A DNA stretch of 64,000 bases from a virus (taxonomy: Duplodnaviria; Caudoviricetes). Position numbers and translations under genes: made by a program. Shown one piece after another: positions 15,495 to 25,126 of this stretch; position 1 is the first letter of the stretch; each line of letters begins with the position of its first letter. The stretch is from positions 6,958-70,957 of IMG/VR virus record IMGVR_UViG_3300028048_000004; one strand, 5' to 3'. Under the pieces are notes generated by a model. That model was not told the origin of the DNA, made no database searches, and was given only the letters and a program-made list of their open reading frames with translations.

Positions 15495-16597
15495 TATATC
15501 AACTCCATTATCTCCAGATACCGATGCCAGCTGTTATTGTGCTTTTCTACAACATAGTTAAGATTTTCATCAAATGGACGAGCGATTAACCTTTCAAGTT
15601 TTGATCTACACTCTACAAGATTGCGCTTTTCGTAAAGATAATTTTCGTTGCCACGAAGTTCATATTCAAAATCTTTCCAAATAGGATACAATGGATTACA
15701 CTTAAATGTGATAGCTTCAAGTAACGTCCAACTAACCCAATCCTGATTAGCGCAATTAAACACTACCTTAGCACGATCTAATAACTGATAATAAGTTAAT
15801 TTATCAAATGTATTAACTACCTGTAAATTGCTGTAGCTACGCATTACTAAAGAATTGAGCCGTTTAACAACCTCTTCATTAGAGGTAATCGGTCTATCCT
15901 TTCTCGGATTTACAAGCTTAAACTGGATTTCCGGACACGCTTCAACTAAATCTAAGAAGAACATTGGATCTTTTTCATCGTCAAACCTAGAAGCAAATAG
16001 AACATAATTTTCTTTAGACGCGTGCTTAAATCCCATATCAACTAACTGTTTCTTTAACCGTTCACTATTATACGGCAATCCAACATGAAAAATATTATCT
16101 TCCCGAGCAATTCCAGCCACCACACATAATTGCTTTAAAATATGAGAACAAGTAAAGATAAAATCGTATTGATTGCCATATCCCTGTTCAATTGGACGCA
16201 TCCACTCTTTCATCTTCCAAGCAAAATCTGTATCATCAACTGATTGCGCGTGAATAAACGTTCCGATCTTAAATTTCATATTTTTAAGTTGTCGAATATA
16301 AAATAAACTTTCAATTCCTGGATGCCAAAAATCTTCAACATATATGATATCATTATCAGTAATAATTCCATCATTGATAAACCTAACTAATTTCATAATC
16401 TGAGACATGGCATAATAACTTCGGCCACATGCGTCCAGCACTACACCGTCTTTAATAGTGCTTCCTAATTTATCACCATCCACACGAACAAATGGAACTC
16501 CAAATTTATTAAAATTATCTTCGGCCCATCCATCTACAGCCGACATGAAATAAGTATATCTTTCAATATAAGGTTCTAACGGTACATAATATAACAT
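15494..16597 (-). CDS. GT-B fold glycosyltransferase
   Basis: VLFASRFDDEKDP; YYQLLDRAKVVFNCANQDWVSWTLLEA (GT4-like C-terminal motif). Confidence 0.75.
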   Translation of the reverse strand: MLYYVPLEPYIERYTYFMSAVDGWAEDNFNKFGVPFVRVDGDKLGSTIKDGVVLDACGRSYYAMSQIMKLVRFINDGIITDNDIIYVEDFWHPGIESLFYIRQLKNMKFKIGTFIHAQSVDDTDFAWKMKEWMRPIEQGYGNQYDFIFTCSHILKQLCVVAGIAREDNIFHVGLPYNSERLKKQLVDMGFKHASKENYVLFASRFDDEKDPMFFLDLVEACPEIQFKLVNPRKDRPITSNEEVVKRLNSLVMRSYSNLQVVNTFDKLTYYQLLDRAKVVFNCANQDWVSWTLLEAITFKCNPLYPIWKDFEYELRGNENYLYEKRNLVECRSKLERLIARPFDENLNYVVEKHNNSWHRYLEIMELI

Positions 16598-16600
16598 TGA

Positions 16601-17059
16601 TTAATCCTCCTCGTATAACATGACATCGCATGTAAACAAATTATTATCTTTTAACGTCTGAAGCGATGTTTGAGACACTGCGTTAAACATAGTTACCACC
16701 TTATTATCGTCGGTTTTAAACTGAAGGTTATTATATGTATAAGGCATGTCATAATTCACAACTATAAAGGTGGTAATAAGGTTATCATACTTATCTATGA
16801 ACAGGCGTAACTCTTCAAATGATACTTCTACGATAATTTCAATTGACCGCCTAAATAAATAATTGTATAAAGAAGTCCAATCATCCACTCCAGCGAACCT
16901 ATGTTTGCCCGCTCCAAAATAAATTCGACGAACATCCCTATTCTGCTCGAGCTGTGATATCACATATTTAATTGGTATAACAATATCAGAGCAGATAAAT
17001 AAAGTCTGAATGCCGACTTTTGTTCCCTCCATCTCAGGACCCTTCCAAATTCTAATCAT
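16601..17059 (-). CDS. Hypothetical protein within the DNA-modification cluster
   Basis: IWKGPEMEG...RIYFGAG; coupled between the queD-like gene and the glycosyltransferase. Confidence 0.55.
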   Translation of the reverse strand: MIRIWKGPEMEGTKVGIQTLFICSDIVIPIKYVISQLEQNRDVRRIYFGAGKHRFAGVDDWTSLYNYLFRRSIEIIVEVSFEELRLFIDKYDNLITTFIVVNYDMPYTYNNLQFKTDDNKVVTMFNAVSQTSLQTLKDNNLFTCDVMLYEED

Positions 17060-17412
17060 GATAGACTTACATCCTTTCTATAAATAAGCTCACATCCGTT
17101 CTCTGCATCCTCACTGACGGTTATCTCAATATCACGATTATATCCATAATTCTGCTGAACGTATGATAATATCTGATTCGCTATTGTTTCGCAAGAATTA
17201 TTTGTAAGAAAATCAAGCTTAAGATTTTTTTCTACTTCGTGCTTAAACATAATGAACTCAATTTCTCTATCGTTATTAAAAACTTCCACCTTGACCTTAA
17301 TATGTGCAACATGTCTATGTGGATATCTTAAATAACTTACCTCATCTGGCGCATCTTTATATTGATGAATAAATTCGGTCTGAGTTGTTATATAAATAAA
17401 TACTTGCTTCAT
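17056..17412 (-). CDS. QueD/PTPS-like T-fold protein
   Basis: H...HRH...SCETIA...VSEDAENG; start at MKQVF with ATGA overlap to the polymerase stop. Confidence 0.65.
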   Translation of the reverse strand: MKQVFIYITTQTEFIHQYKDAPDEVSYLRYPHRHVAHIKVKVEVFNNDREIEFIMFKHEVEKNLKLDFLTNNSCETIANQILSYVQQNYGYNRDIEITVSEDAENGCELIYRKDVSLS

Positions 17413-18113
17413 ACTGGGTCTCCGTACCACGCTTTGGTAATTTCGACATCACACTTGATAGGAATTGTTAATTTACTCATAGCCGCTCTTGACATAAGTT
17501 CTGCGAATCGCTTAGCGCATTCTTTCACATTCTCTTCTGGACACTCTGCTATCAACTCATCATGTACAGGTATAAGAAGTCTGAAACCTAACTCTTTTAG
17601 TCTTTCATCATTACCGACTAAAATCATTGCTAATTTGCTCATGTCTGCGGCTGATCCTTGAATACGTGCGTTTACGCATTGTCTTTGTGCATCTGCTATT
17701 TTAGCTCCGTTATCAACAATCCATATTCCTTCTTTATTTGCTTCTTCAAAAATTCTACGCTTCTGTCCGAAATAACAATTTCGTAGTTTTCTAATATAGC
17801 GTTCCTGCACATCTTCCGGGACATCCGTTTCTGCATCTTCATCTCCAGAGCCAAAGTCAAGCAAATCAGTGTCGGGTCGTACTCCGTCTTTCCACTTAAA
17901 CTCAAACTCAGGCAGTTGCAAATCAGGCAATCTTCTTTTTCTACCCCACAAGGTAGTAACATATCCTTTTTCATAAGCCATATCCAAACTATCTTCTTCA
18001 AATTTCGGTATTGCAGGAAATCCTTTGAATACAGAATCTTTTATTGCTTGTGCTTTTTTTGTTGTAGTTCCAAGTTGTTCAGCAATGGAAGGCACTCCTC
18101 TGCCATACAAAAC
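17409..18113 (-). CDS. polA: Family A DNA polymerase, exon 2
   Basis: Begins VLYGRG after the intron's terminal G; GYVTTLWGRKR, NARIQGSAAD, VHDEL (motif C). Confidence 0.9.
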   Translation of the reverse strand, partial: VLYGRGVPSIAEQLGTTTKKAQAIKDSVFKGFPAIPKFEEDSLDMAYEKGYVTTLWGRKRRLPDLQLPEFEFKWKDGVRPDTDLLDFGSGDEDAETDVPEDVQERYIRKLRNCYFGQKRRIFEEANKEGIWIVDNGAKIADAQRQCVNARIQGSAADMSKLAMILVGNDERLKELGFRLLIPVHDELIAECPEENVKECAKRFAELMSRAAMSKLTIPIKCDVEITKAWYGDPV

Positions 18114-18201
18114 CGTTCAACACTATATTTTCATATAGTACAGACTATATCATCAACCATTTAGGTTGCTATGCACTTCGGACAGTAACTCATCCTCTGC
18201 C

Positions 18202-18951
18202 CTACTCCCCTTCGGGATAGTCGTTACACTTTTCCCCTACCCAACCATATCCGTAAGCATTTGTTTGCTTGCCATATATTGTTTGATATATTCTATATGC
18301 AATCGAACTTTCTTTTGCTTTGGATAAATTATTGGAACTAATATATTCACAAACATCTTGAATTGTACTAAACCTATTGATTTCTTTTCCTGTACTTAAA
18401 TCTATCTGAACAAATATATATTTCCTATGAGCAATACTATTCTTCTGTTTAGTTTCTTCTGTATGATGTTTACCATAAAAAGAATTTTTTAAACCCGTTC
18501 TTTTCTTTGCCCATTCACTTAATTTTTTCTTGTGTTCTTCTGATTTAGGTCTACCCATTTGAGCAAAACTTATTTTTCTTGCCCGTTCTTCTGTATATAT
18601 ATCAGAATTATGATTTTCAGAAATCTTTTGTTTAGTTTCCTCTGAATGATGATACCCTCGTATTCCTCCACCACCAATAGTATTATTGTACCCGTGTTCA
18701 AACGTATCATATAATCCTATATAATATATTTCCCATGTATCTAATTCATCTTCTGGTAAATTATCTTTTAATATTGTAATATCAAAATTTTCTTTACCAT
18801 ATTTACGAATTGAGTTATACAGATACAAATTTCTATCAGTAGTATCAGCAATATGAAAATGCTCTTTTATACGTCTATCATCATCAAATTTTGTTTGTCC
18901 TATATATTTCTTTCCGTTAATTTTATTCGTTATACAGTATATATATCCCAT
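18202..18951 (-). CDS. Intron-encoded GIY-YIG homing endonuclease with NUMOD3 repeats
   Basis: GYIYCITNKINGKKYIGQT; YGKENF; HHSEETKQKIS and HHTEETKQK repeats. Confidence 0.9.
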   Translation of the reverse strand: MGYIYCITNKINGKKYIGQTKFDDDRRIKEHFHIADTTDRNLYLYNSIRKYGKENFDITILKDNLPEDELDTWEIYYIGLYDTFEHGYNNTIGGGGIRGYHHSEETKQKISENHNSDIYTEERARKISFAQMGRPKSEEHKKKLSEWAKKRTGLKNSFYGKHHTEETKQKNSIAHRKYIFVQIDLSTGKEINRFSTIQDVCEYISSNNLSKAKESSIAYRIYQTIYGKQTNAYGYGWVGEKCNDYPEGE

Positions 18952-18971
18952 AGTATATTACCCCCAATAAG

Positions 18972-19000
18972 AATATAACACACCGTACAACTATTGTCAA
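18972..19000 (-). promoter_or_regulatory. Intron-internal promoter for the GIY-YIG gene
   Basis: TTGACA-17-TATATT. Confidence 0.65.
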
Positions 19001-19145
19001 GTAAGTTATTTAGCACGGGATTGGCATATCTTTCGACTTAGCTTTCCCCGTTAGCACTGAAATTTATTTCAGCACACCCATGAGTAATATGGTTCACATA
19101 GTTTGCTTATGCTATTACTAACATAAGGGGCATTTTGTTTAGTCT

Positions 19146-20738
19146 ACCCAAAAGTATGGATTTTGCTTGTGACCTTCTGTTTTTGCCTTCAGGATTCGTT
19201 GTTCCATCAGGTCGGAACTCAAGGCAGTTATCATAGCTTGTATTAAAGGACAATGCCGCAATTTCTGCATATAAATCCTTTCCTTCTTGATATGCTTTGA
19301 TCATCTTTGGATCACTGCACATCTGAGTCATAACCTTTGGCTCTTGTTGTGAATAGTCACTTGACATTAAAACATATCCGTCAGCTGCCACAAACATCTT
19401 TCTAATATCTTTATTATGGCTAGGAATATTTTGAAGATTAGGGTCACTGCTTGAAAATCTTCCTGTATCTGCTCCATACTGATTAAAACTACAATGTATT
19501 CTTCCATCTTTTGGATTTACACATCCTGGCAATTTATCAATATAAGTAGATACTAACTTTGACATTTCACGATAATCCAAAATTGCTTTTGCTATTGGAC
19601 TATCAATCTTCTGTAAAATTGCTTCTCCTGTCCCTCTAGGACTTTTTGGATCTGGAGGTTCAACCTGCATAATATCGTACAACAGAGTTGCTATTTGAGT
19701 AGGACTACCGATATTAATAGGAGTATCAAGTTTATGATTTACATTTTTCTTTTTATATTCTTCTATCTCTTTATCATAAAGAGAACACACTTTATAAAAC
19801 TCTTGTGTTTTTTCCGCTAGTAATCTGTTATACTTTTCGGATAACTTTTGCTGATACTCAAAATCAAACTTCACCCCGTTATCTTCCATATCACAAACTA
19901 CTTTAATACATGGCATTTCAATGTTGAAAAATACCCAGGATACACCATTCATACCATTTCTATCTTCATTTGGTTTTGTTTCATCATAATACAAATACTG
20001 CTTTTGATACTGATACAATTCATATGTAATAATTGCATCATGTGCCGCATAAAGATAAAATGTTTGAATTGGTATTTTGTCCGCCGTTATTCCTTTAAAC
20101 AGAGTATCAAACTTAAATTCATCTTCTTTGCCGTCAAGTACATATTTTTGATGTAATGCTTTAAGTCCTTTTGATTCTTCATTTTCGTTAAGAAGTCTAC
20201 CTGCTAAATAACAATCCCATGTACAATAAATATCTTTAACACCTAATTGATTTCTTATTACACGAATATCAAATTTGGCATTAAACATGATTATGTCTGG
20301 ATGATACTTCAACAGCATATCAAATTGATTTGCCACCTGTTTCTCTGTCAACTGATTTTCCACTCGCACACCAGTTACATAAGAAACATGATTGATTGGA
20401 ACATACGCAGGTTTATGATTTGGTGTATAAATACATAATCCGACAATGCTATCCAAAATTGGATCGAGTCCCGTTGTTTCTGTATCTATACTGATTACAC
20501 CATTATCAATACAAAACGAAAAATATTTGTGTAATAATTCTTCCGATGTAAGAATAACATAATCATCTTTAAACTTTCCAAGATGTGTTTCAACCATTGC
20601 TTTAATCTGATTTATCTGTCCGAGCAGACCACTACCTTTTACGGTAGTGGTTGCTCTTGTCTTAGATTTAGATTTTGTAGCAATGGATTTATCCTGTTCT
20701 CTTCCGGGACGTTTTGGAACATTAAATAGTGCCATCAT
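19146..20738 (-). CDS. polA: Family A DNA polymerase, exon 1 (3'-5' exonuclease plus polymerase)
   Basis: SIDTETTG, FNAKFD, YAAHDA exonuclease motifs; TGRFSSSDPNLQNIP; SDYSQQEP (motif A); RRSQAKSILLG (motif B). Spliced product about 765 aa. Confidence 0.92.
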
Positions 20739-21016
20739 TCATCTTCTCCAAACATGGACATAAAAACCGTGATTCCATCTTCATTAATAAGTGCCTGATT
20801 TTTCTTAATGAATTTCTTCAGCTTATCCAGTTCTTCTTTCAACTTCTTACACTCCGTCTCTAACTCACGCTTTTCGCAATATTCTTTATACCACTTATCA
20901 TGCCACTCTCCCTCACTTTTCTGAGCCTCAAACTTCTCTGTGATCAAATCACGATATTCATCTGTACCAATAGTGACTGTACCAATTACACTATACTCTT
21001 TCTTATTCTCTTCCAT
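20735..21016 (-). CDS. Hypothetical coiled-coil protein
   Basis: ATGA-coupled ORF. Confidence 0.55.
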   Translation of the reverse strand: MEENKKEYSVIGTVTIGTDEYRDLITEKFEAQKSEGEWHDKWYKEYCEKRELETECKKLKEELDKLKKFIKKNQALINEDGITVFMSMFGEDE

Positions 21017-21029
21017 CTCTCATTCCTCC

Positions 21030-21704
21030 TTAAAATCTATCTCTTCTACCACTTGTTGCCGGAGTACGTCTTGAACCACGTCTATCTTCCTCAGACGGCA
21101 CGTCATCTGTACTACCAGATCTCCTTCTCACAGGTGCTTCATCACCATCAGGCGGAAAATAACCATTATCTAAGAAGAACTCCATATCATCTGCGGATTT
21201 ATCAAGCACAACTGTACCCAACACAGCACTCTGCTCCGGCAGATCTTCAAGCGTCGTTTCATCCCTATCTACTTCATAAATCTCATATGTAGTAGAAGTA
21301 TCACCCTTCTGTCCGTTCCGCTCAATCTCAAACACGTGCGATACTACATTAGGATATCTTGCGCAGATAGAAGAGATCTTTGAGATAAACTTCTTTCCCC
21401 TCTCCCAAATCTGACACCTGTCCTGATCAATATTGTAAATAGGTACAAACAGCTTTGCAGTTGTGAATTTCTTCTCTCGACAAAACGGACAAGTGTCAAC
21501 CGGCTGATCATACTCTCTAAGACAGTTAACATACCGCTTCTTTCCGTCAATCTCTACTTCATGTACAGCATATCCTGCTACATCCTCGATGCCGTTATAC
21601 ATGAACCTCACTCTTGCCACATCTTTATCATTTTTGAGTGAAAAGTATCCAGTTCCTCCCTGTCCGCCATACTTGTCTGCTGTTTCTGTGTTAAATCTCG
21701 CCAT
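21030..21704 (-). CDS. Single-stranded DNA-binding protein (gp32-like OB fold)
   Basis: YFSLKNDKDVARVRF; YVNCLR...CPFC; IERNGQKGDTSTTY; acidic/low-complexity tail; directly upstream of pol. Confidence 0.7.
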   Translation of the reverse strand: MARFNTETADKYGGQGGTGYFSLKNDKDVARVRFMYNGIEDVAGYAVHEVEIDGKKRYVNCLREYDQPVDTCPFCREKKFTTAKLFVPIYNIDQDRCQIWERGKKFISKISSICARYPNVVSHVFEIERNGQKGDTSTTYEIYEVDRDETTLEDLPEQSAVLGTVVLDKSADDMEFFLDNGYFPPDGDEAPVRRRSGSTDDVPSEEDRRGSRRTPATSGRRDRF

Positions 21705-21724
21705 AGTTTCAATTTTCCTTTCTT

Positions 21725-22117
21725 TTAATATTCAATATACCATAACCCACAATCACTATCAAGTTTGGGGGTATATTCCTTATCTCGAATAAATTTTGAA
21801 GTTTCTTTGTTATACTGTATAGACAGCACGCGTAACTTATTCTTATGTTTAGCATTAGTAGGAATTGTTAATTTATATGCGGAATCGGACTCACCACAAA
21901 ACATAAAATACAACCGATTTCCAGCAAGTGCATAAACACAATAATTATTGCTACTATACAATGTATCACAGCTTCTAAATCTAAAAACTACTTTCTTTGT
22001 GCCGTGACCCTTATTCATACTGGAACAACACACATTGGGATATGAATAAGTTCTGCCGACACTGCTATATCCACCTCTTCTACATTTTTTCTGAAAAACA
22101 AGATTTTCTATTTTCAT
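21725..22117 (-). CDS. Hypothetical protein
   Basis: Follows promoter and AAGGAG RBS. Confidence 0.55.
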   Translation of the reverse strand: MKIENLVFQKKCRRGGYSSVGRTYSYPNVCCSSMNKGHGTKKVVFRFRSCDTLYSSNNYCVYALAGNRLYFMFCGESDSAYKLTIPTNAKHKNKLRVLSIQYNKETSKFIRDKEYTPKLDSDCGLWYIEY

Positions 22118-22166
22118 AGTGTTCTCCTTTCGTTTTAGAGTTTGCTGTGTTCTTTACTACTCTTAT

Positions 22167-22195
22167 ATTATAATACATATTTCTATATATGTCAA
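22167..22195 (-). promoter_or_regulatory. Sigma70-type promoter
   Basis: TTGACA-17-TATAAT. Confidence 0.8.
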
Positions 22196-22212
22196 CTACT
22201 ATTTTAACTTAT

Positions 22213-22485
22213 TTATTCTTCACACGAACACACTAGTTTCGGCACAAATTCATCATACTTCTGCTCTAACTCTTTCTCAAGTCCCTGTAACTCATCTAAC
22301 CTATTATTTCTTCTTAATAAAGAGTCTTGCTGATACTCCATAGATATAACTATCTGTTTCCAATAATGTACAAGTTCTTGATTGGCATAATTTAATTGCT
22401 GTGATGCTTCGACAAACTCAGTTTGATGTTTTGCATAATTTCTTAATTCATCTTCATTCATATGGTTAATTACTTCATCAAACAT
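22213..22485 (-). CDS. Hypothetical protein
   Basis: ORF track; coupled to neighbour. Confidence 0.5.
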   Translation of the reverse strand: MFDEVINHMNEDELRNYAKHQTEFVEASQQLNYANQELVHYWKQIVISMEYQQDSLLRRNNRLDELQGLEKELEQKYDEFVPKLVCSCEE

Positions 22486-22486
22486 T

Positions 22487-22837
22487 CTAATACCTCCAAT
22501 TCTTAAAGGTTTTTAACCAATCTTCATAACTCATCTTTTCAGAACCAAGTACAGTACACTCTGTTTCACAATATTTAGCCAAAGACTCGATTGTTTTAAA
22601 TACAGGAGATATGGGCGAACCCTCTGATGTAGTTTCCCAAAGCTGATATCCATCACCTTTTGGTGGATCAAGTTCAAAATCTGGACAACCATAATCTTTG
22701 AATTTTAATCCCTTTAATCTGGCATACAACTTACAATCATCACAATTCCCGCCACATAAATGATGTAAATATCCGTACCATATCTTATTTATGGGCCAAT
22801 CAAAATCTAATGGTACTCTTTTTAATTCCCTTCCCAT
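22487..22837 (-). CDS. Hypothetical protein
   Basis: MGRELKRVPLDFDWP...GYQLWETTSEGSPISPVF, a recognisable conserved phage hypothetical pattern. Confidence 0.6.
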   Translation of the reverse strand: MGRELKRVPLDFDWPINKIWYGYLHHLCGGNCDDCKLYARLKGLKFKDYGCPDFELDPPKGDGYQLWETTSEGSPISPVFKTIESLAKYCETECTVLGSEKMSYEDWLKTFKNWRY

Positions 22838-22840
22838 CGT

Positions 22841-23038
22841 TTAGAACACCTCCTCAAGTTGCATAAGTTCTTCTTTGGTACATTCATTAGCGTCCTTTCT
22901 TCCTTTCGGAAAAATATACTCTGTTACTATCTTTCTATTCTGCATATTCATTCTTATTCTTTTTCTTGCGGCTAATCCGCTTTCATCCATATCTGTTGCA
23001 AGAATTATTTTTCTACATGGTAATTCTCTTAGCTGTTC
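22841..23038 (-). pseudogene. Orphan 3' remnant of the original primase gene (65 codons, no start)
   Basis: EQLRELPCRKIILATDMDESGLAARKRI...KIVT...KDANECTKEELMQLEEVF*, paralogous to the C-terminus of 23842-24816. Confidence 0.88.
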
Positions 23039-23840
23039 TTCCTTTATGATAGCCTTCTGGAATATCGTCTGTAGTTTTCAAACGTATATTATTTATTCCA
23101 TTTGTTACCCACATCCAAACACCTTTTTCTCCCTTATTATACGGCTCTTTTCCTTTCATAGGATTCTGCCATCCGCTTGCATATCTTTCTTTTAATAACT
23201 GTGATTTTAATTTTCGTGTTTCTTCTGATTGCTTTGTACCTACTAACTTTTGCCTTATCTTTTCTTTTGTTTCTTCTGTATGACAACCTGTAAAACCAGA
23301 ACTTCCTTTCTTAAACATTCCATCATTTCTAAAATCTGGATGTTCTCTATGAAATTTTTTCTTTGCTTCACTTCTTGTTTTATCTCGTTCTGGTGTATGT
23401 AAATATCCTTCAATAAACCCATCGTCTAAATACTTTTGTAATTCAGATTGTTTCACATATTTTTCGATTTCACCATTATTTATAACAGTGCGTCCGGACA
23501 TAGACATTTTCATTTTCTCCCGTCTATGTTCTTTTTCAGCATCAGTTAATCCAGAAAATGTATCTCCACCATCACCACCTTTAGAAATATTATATCCGAT
23601 AAACATATTATCACTATGGTGTATGTGAATATAAATCTTTTCAAATCTATTTATATCAGAACGTGTTTCACACCATTTCAACAATTCAACTTTGAAATTC
23701 TCAATACCATATTTATCAAATGCTCTACGAATTAACTTACCGCTACCCTTATATTCTTTATCAAATACTTGTGATTTATGCTGACCTATATAAATCTTGC
23801 CGTTTATTAAATTTGTTGTCTTATAAATATACCCATACAT
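23013..23840 (-). CDS. Free-standing GIY-YIG homing endonuclease
   Basis: GYIYKTTNLINGKIYIGQH; YKGSG; NUMOD3-like HTEETKEKIR. Confidence 0.9.
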   Translation of the reverse strand: MYGYIYKTTNLINGKIYIGQHKSQVFDKEYKGSGKLIRRAFDKYGIENFKVELLKWCETRSDINRFEKIYIHIHHSDNMFIGYNISKGGDGGDTFSGLTDAEKEHRREKMKMSMSGRTVINNGEIEKYVKQSELQKYLDDGFIEGYLHTPERDKTRSEAKKKFHREHPDFRNDGMFKKGSSGFTGCHTEETKEKIRQKLVGTKQSEETRKLKSQLLKERYASGWQNPMKGKEPYNKGEKGVWMWVTNGINNIRLKTTDDIPEGYHKGRTAKRITM

Positions 23841-23841
23841 A

Positions 23842-24816
23842 CTAAAAAACTTCTCCTAACGCATAAAATTCTTCTCTTGTCATATCATTCATATCTTTAG
23901 CATGGTCTGGATATGTTCTATAATCTAACTGGGTGACGATTTTATTATTTATTTCCTTTCTCAACCTTATTCTTGCTTTTTTGCCGGCATCATCTTTATC
24001 AGTTGCCAATATAACTTTTCTACACGGAAGTTTCTTTATCTGTGCAATAGATAATTCATTACCCAAACCATTTAATGCTACTGCATATTTATTATAACAC
24101 CAAATAGTTAAAGCGTCAAGCATACTTTCACAAATATAAACTTCATCTGGAAACTTCTCTAACCGACTTAACTCATACAATCCGTAAAGTGGTTTTTCTA
24201 CTCCTTCCGGGTAATGAAAAAACTTATTTTTGACAGAACGTCTTGCAACAAATAGGCAATTACCATTAACATCCCTAACAGGAAAAGTGATGCAATCGGT
24301 ATCACTATCATAACCAATATCAAATAATTCAATAACATCATCTGTTAATCCTCTTTTATACATATATGGATGTGTATATCTATATTTATCTAATTCTTCT
24401 TCCGTAACATACCTTGTACGATTATTATGGCTAACAGATTTATTATCACGGTAAAAATCAAGTGATACATCTTTTCTCTCCTCCACTTGTACTGTAGCAA
24501 AATTCTTTAATAACCACTGCCACCCAAATTTACCTACAATATCATCTGTGTACCCGAAACAATGAGATATTACTTCCTGTAAAGAATGCACTTCACCACA
24601 GGCAAAACAGTGAAAAATCCCATCCTCTTTTCGTATTCCGGCAGACGGTCTACGTTCTTGTCCACCGCTGTGGTATGGACATTGAACCATAACATGAGTT
24701 GATGTCGGCTTCATTTTTTGCAATAGCAAAACATTATTTGCAGATAATTGATTCCTTAATTCCATTAAAATGTCAATTAATTCTACACTAAACTGAACAT
24801 CATTAATTATCATCAC
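23842..24816 (-). CDS. dnaG: DNA primase (CHC2 zinc finger + TOPRIM)
   Basis: QCPYH...HCFAC; ICESMLDAL; ATDKDDAG; KDMND. Confidence 0.9.
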   Translation of the reverse strand: MMIINDVQFSVELIDILMELRNQLSANNVLLLQKMKPTSTHVMVQCPYHSGGQERRPSAGIRKEDGIFHCFACGEVHSLQEVISHCFGYTDDIVGKFGWQWLLKNFATVQVEERKDVSLDFYRDNKSVSHNNRTRYVTEEELDKYRYTHPYMYKRGLTDDVIELFDIGYDSDTDCITFPVRDVNGNCLFVARRSVKNKFFHYPEGVEKPLYGLYELSRLEKFPDEVYICESMLDALTIWCYNKYAVALNGLGNELSIAQIKKLPCRKVILATDKDDAGKKARIRLRKEINNKIVTQLDYRTYPDHAKDMNDMTREEFYALGEVF

Positions 24817-25126
24817 TAACCCCTATCGTTACACCGTGCATATATTCCGTGACTTCAAACTTTTTTGCTTCTGCATACCGACTATAATTGCCAACGATTT
24901 TGCCCTTATCCGTTGGGTACTCAACGGTGACTTCTTTGTCCATGTCAAAATCTAACAGGATGGTTATCAAATCTTTTACAGTCATTTTATTTTCCCTTTC
25001 ATTCCCCAACTGTTCTAATATTCTTCTCACAGCGTGTGGTGCTGTGTATCCACAGAATGTATCCCACCGTAAATTATCTTCTGGAAACTCATTAATTGCC
25101 GCCTGTCTACTGATCAAGTTATCCAT
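24803..25126 (-). CDS. Hypothetical protein
   Basis: ORF track; may contain an internal start (MTVKDLI). Confidence 0.45.
   Translation of the reverse strand: MDNLISRQAAINEFPEDNLRWDTFCGYTAPHAVRRILEQLGNERENKMTVKDLITILLDFDMDKEVTVEYPTDKGKIVGNYSRYAEAKKFEVTEYMHGVTIGVSDDN

Larger units (their letters stand above)
18114..19145 (-). mobile_element. Group I intron (1032 nt) in DNA polymerase motif B
   Basis: Splicing restores AKSILLG|VLYG; exon GGGU pairs with intron GCCC (U.G wobble P1); ACAAAAU can pair with exon-2 GUUUUGU (P10); ends in G; core-like segments GCUAACGGGGAAAGCUAAG and AACGACUAUC...GAUAUAGUCUG. Confidence 0.9.
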
